Shown one piece after another: positions 59,916 through 64,000 of a DNA stretch of 64,000 bases (positions are counted from its first letter, which is position 1; every line of letters starts with the position of its first letter). The stretch lies in contig JBHGNT010000007.1 of assembly GCA_043228905.1 (NCBI GenBank), forward strand, positions 8,060,001-8,124,000, in the 5' to 3' direction. The DNA comes from Azolla caroliniana. Its lineage: Eukaryota; Plantae; Polypodiophyta. The translations under genes were made by a program, and so were the position numbers. Under the pieces are notes generated by a model. The model searched no databases, was not told the DNA's origin, and saw only the letters and a list, made by a program, of their open reading frames with translations.

Positions 59916-61764
59916 CCGTCGCCGGCCTTACACGCGGTACCCCACCACTTCAAGGCGCCGGACGCCTCACCCTCCGGCGAGACGCCCACCGACACTCTCT
60001 GCTTGGAGCGGGCGCGCCCATTCAGATGCGCCGCCTGCCGGTCCTTAGCCCAGCGGAGCCATGCCTCCACACAGCCTCCAAATCCCCCCTTGTGAGGGTT
60101 ACAGGTACAGAACCACCCGGGATGAAGTCTTCTCTCTTCCACTTACTCATATATCTGGCTCAATCTATGTGCCTTCCTTTGTATGTGGGATAAATTCTTT
60201 CATTCTCTTTTCTCGTATGGGTCTCACTCATCGCATACATGCATGCATACACATATGTGCATTAACATACTATGGGCTTAGCGTCGTCACGTACGTATAT
60301 ATGATGATTTTGTAAATCAAATTTGTTGGGGGGGGGGGATTCTAATGAGCTTTTGTGATATTCTTTTATTGTATTTAGTTTTAGGCCATCACCCATTCTT
60401 ACTCATCAAACATACTAACCTATAGTTGACATATGTCGAACCACATTTATTTTTCATAATATGTAATACAACCCCCTTTACATTGTGTAGTGGTCAATGC
60501 AATGTCCCAAAAGAATGTTGTCTATCTATCATTTGGGGGTATAGTTGTGATTGATGTACATAGGGCACACTAAAAAGGGAAAGGCCCATGGGGTTGACGT
60601 AGTGTGAACCCTCCAAGCCCAAGTATATATATGAAGAACTTAAGTTTTCAGTGTGAACTATGAATGGGAATTTCTAGAGACATGTGTGGGAGTTAATTAG
60701 TCGAAGGAATCCTTCAAATAGCTCTCCCCTTTAACAACTCCTACACTAGGAACTCCCCCTCCTAATGACAATAGAAGAATCCACACGTGCTCAACAAGAT
60801 AAGTGTTTCAATGTTGCCATCTTCGACAATAGTTTTGTTGATCGTTTCAAATGTAACTATGCCTTCGTTGAAGACTTCAATTGAGAGAATGACAAGGCAA
60901 TCATTCTAGCAAATGGAACCAACACGTATCCCATGTTAGTTTGGTTTTCATGACATCCCTCTCTTATTCACAGATGCATTCAGTTACGAACTCAACGTCG
61001 AAATCAAAACCAAGGTGAACATATTCTTAGATTACCATAACTCTACAATTAAAATATGAATGACTATTCCACTTTACATCCATGCAATAATCGAGGTTGG
61101 TTCCACAAAGTACTTGATCCCTCCAACAAACCACTTAGAATTCAACCATCATGATGTTTGTTTATAGTTTTTCTTCGACTCCACATTTTGGGATCACTTG
61201 GCATCGTCACCATCTTGGATGCAAACAATTGGTCGAATACTAACTTTATACCAACCAAGTTCTTAACCTCCTCTATTCATCACAATCAGCACAACAAGCA
61301 CACTTATCATTGTTAACCTTTGAATGTTTCTGTCGTAGCTCAATACCAATCCCACTCTCACCCCCTTGCTCGTCGTGTACACCATTTAAACCCTTGTTAA
61401 CCAAACACTCCACAATGGTGGGCGCAACCAAGATTCTAACTCATTAGGTTGAGAGAGATTTTACAAAACAAGTACCAAGGGATAGAAGACCCCCACAAAG
61501 ATAAACGGAAACAACACCTCGCAAAGAACTATCTAGCTCTAGGGTAGACTAGAACTATAAATAAGCAAAAACATTTGGATAACGAAGCATAAAAGTAGTG
61601 TTATGCTTTTCTTCTTCGTGCTAGAGTTTGGAGCGAATAGATTTTGTCCTCCTAGAGCTCACTAATCTCTGATTAACTTAATCTCTCCCATTTGGCTTAT
61701 TGTATCTTTTTATAGTTCTCATTAGATCCTATTATATTTCTTCGAGATTAAGAGGATATGTATG

Positions 61765-62022
61765 ACATTGTGATTTTCTTTAAGTTAACTACATTTCATA
61801 TCTGCAAACCGTCACTGTTTAAACATTTATCGAAAAACTATTCTATTTCGAAATTATCATTTCAACAATTTTAAATCTCAAAAAATCAGCAAATTTTATA
61901 TGCTATTTAAAACATGTGATATTAGTGTATCAAGTTTCTATTAATTGCCTAAAATCGCAAGATTATAAAAGGAATCTACAAGTGGAATGCGCAATCCTTC
62001 CACTTGTGAACGCGAACATGTT
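61765..62022 (-). mobile_element. Single end of the same TIR element family as 20727-23491
   Basis: Reverse-complement match to ~20727-20985, ending atccttccacttgtgaacgcgaacatgtt. Confidence 0.88.
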
Positions 62023-62039
62023 CATGTACTTTGCCAACA

Positions 62040-63570
62040 ACGAGATCCATTGTTTGGAAACACATCAACCTCTAAGCACCATTCCATCATGGAGGAATGA
62101 AGAAGTTGATGTAGGATTCATAAGGGAAGAGTGTTCGTAGCACTTGTTATTCAACATCAAGTGGAATTCAAGTTGGACTTGATATGAGAAGCCAATGGCC
62201 ACATGAAGGAGAATCTAGGTCGTTTAGTTTTTGAATCGAGAACTATTTCTGGCTTATGAGGTTTAGATGACAAATCCTCAAATGTATAGACTAGAGTTTT
62301 AATGGAAACTAAATTATCATCAGAACCTAAGAGTTCTTTGAGACGACTAAAAAATTGAGTAGAGATAAAAACGAGTGTACGATGTATCCCGTGACGCCTT
62401 GCTAAGGGTGCATCATGACATTAAAAAAGAATTATCTTTTTCACCTCAGACAAATTAGGGACACAAACCTAACCATCACGATAGAGCAAACCGTTAGCAA
62501 TGTAAAAGGTTCCTTTCGAGGATGAAGTTTATGGCATTTGTTCCAGATTCAACTCTAACCTAGAATTTTCCAAAATAATTGTCATGAAGGTCCTTTCCTC
62601 GAAGTTGTTCATACAGATCAAATTTAATTTCAGTGAAGCTAAGCATGTTAACTTCATGAATACGGCTCAATGCATCATCGATTGTGTTCATGGATCCATT
62701 ACGATATCGTATAGAAAAATCGAAGTCCTAAATGAGTTCTGCCCGTCATGCCTTGGACCTATGAGGTCTTGTTGGTCACAAAAATATATTTCAAGGACTT
62801 GTGCTCCATAGTGAGCACAAAACAATTCCCATACAAGTAATGTCTCCATGACTTAGTGTATGTATAATAGAAAATAGTTTGTTTTTTTGAACTAAGGATT
62901 GACACCGAGTTGAGGTTTTCCATCTTGATAAAGATTGCCCCTACCCCATACTCACTTGCATCAGTCACAACCTCACAAGGTTTAGATGGGTCTTGTAAGA
63001 GAAATGAATGAGCATGGCACACATGTTCTGTAAGTGTTCTAACTGACTTATCTAGATGATCACTCCAAGAGATTGGTTTTGTAGACTTACGCATTTGACC
63101 TTTTAAAAGGTTGGTAAATGGTGTCATCAATTGGGAATAATTACAAATATATATTTTCGTAAGAACCCCACAAAAGCTAAAAGTGAATACAAATGGTTCT
63201 AGGGGTAGGCCATAGTTTGACTTTCCCTATTCGAGAAGGATCAATTTGGAGACCTCATTCAGTGATCAAATGTCCAAGATAAGTAATTGAATTCTTGAAA
63301 AATTAACATTTCGATAACTCAAGATCAATAGGCTCCTTATCATGGACTATCCAATGATAATCGGTGTTAGGAATGCCATGTAATAAGCAAGCAATAAACC
63401 ACTTGTCACCTTGGAGACCCGATTTTTGGAATTGGGTCCTAGCATAATGAACATAGTCTTCAAGAGAAGAAAATTTTCAACTAGAAAGGGTAAGTTTTGC
63501 GTTGTGTCAGTCTCAAATGGAGGTTGGAGAAATTGTTTCTTAAAAATGTCAACAAAGTTGTCCCATACTA
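62040..63570 (-). pseudogene. Highly decayed gypsy (G-E family) gag/RH/IN remnant with internal deletion
   Basis: VWDNFVDIFKKQFLQPP, and 63335-63480 resembles G-E gag (19990-20250). DPSKPCEVVTDASEYGVGAI RNase H. Confidence 0.75.
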
Positions 63571-64000
63571 TTACGGGCATGACTTTATCCATGTGTATAA
63601 AATACTACGGTAAAACTTACCACGGGATATGGTCATGCCCGTAACAAAGGTAATCCTTTCCTTCTTTACACTCTTTTAACCCTCACACTTTATCCACTTG
63701 TTAGAATACTACAATAAAACTTACCATGGGATATGGCCATGCCCGTAACACATACATGCCACCAAGTGACAACTTTAACTCCAAGCTCACAACTAGCATA
63801 GGAAATCTTTGTATGATTTGGCTTGGGATGAAGCTCAAAATGAGACTCCTGATGACCAAGTCAAGTACTAATAGCTTCTTCGGTCCATTCCTTCTTATCA
63901 CTTGTGTAAGGTTTCATGACAAAGGACAGTTCACCTCGCTTTTCCTCTTTCAAGGAAGAATTCGTGTGCATATCCAACACGGGAGATTCAAGAGCTCCAT

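Noticed and set aside
60460-61760. Old gypsy 3' end or LTR
   Set aside because: Too decayed to assign termini, PPT or domains with confidence.

Overview
Eukaryotic, land-plant DNA. The TE lineages present suggest a non-seed plant (bryophyte, lycophyte or fern), which is an inference. The only host coding sequence I can support is the last two exons of a NEAP-like nuclear-envelope coiled-coil gene (minus strand, 1879-2342). After a 100-N gap, the window is a deeply nested TE pile: several Ty1/copia elements (tRNA-iMet PBS), a Tcn1/Tf1-like self-priming chromovirus, a Met-primed gypsy, a full-length LINE, a TIR element containing a 1.2-kb foldback, and at least six insertions of a non-chromoviral gypsy lineage (TGTCG...CGACA LTRs, tRNA-Trp PBS). 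Two half-nests appear fused at one breakpoint (~42491). The Trp-primed gypsy lineage is the most striking system. It makes 4-bp TSDs centred on CpG (5 of 6 sites), carries tRNA-like Pol III A/B-box modules in its LTRs, and expresses RT-RH-IN from a Gag-protease ORF via a conserved GGAUUUU + pseudoknot -1 frameshift. The copia families share a 10-bp stem enclosing the PPT. All alignments and counts were done by eye.
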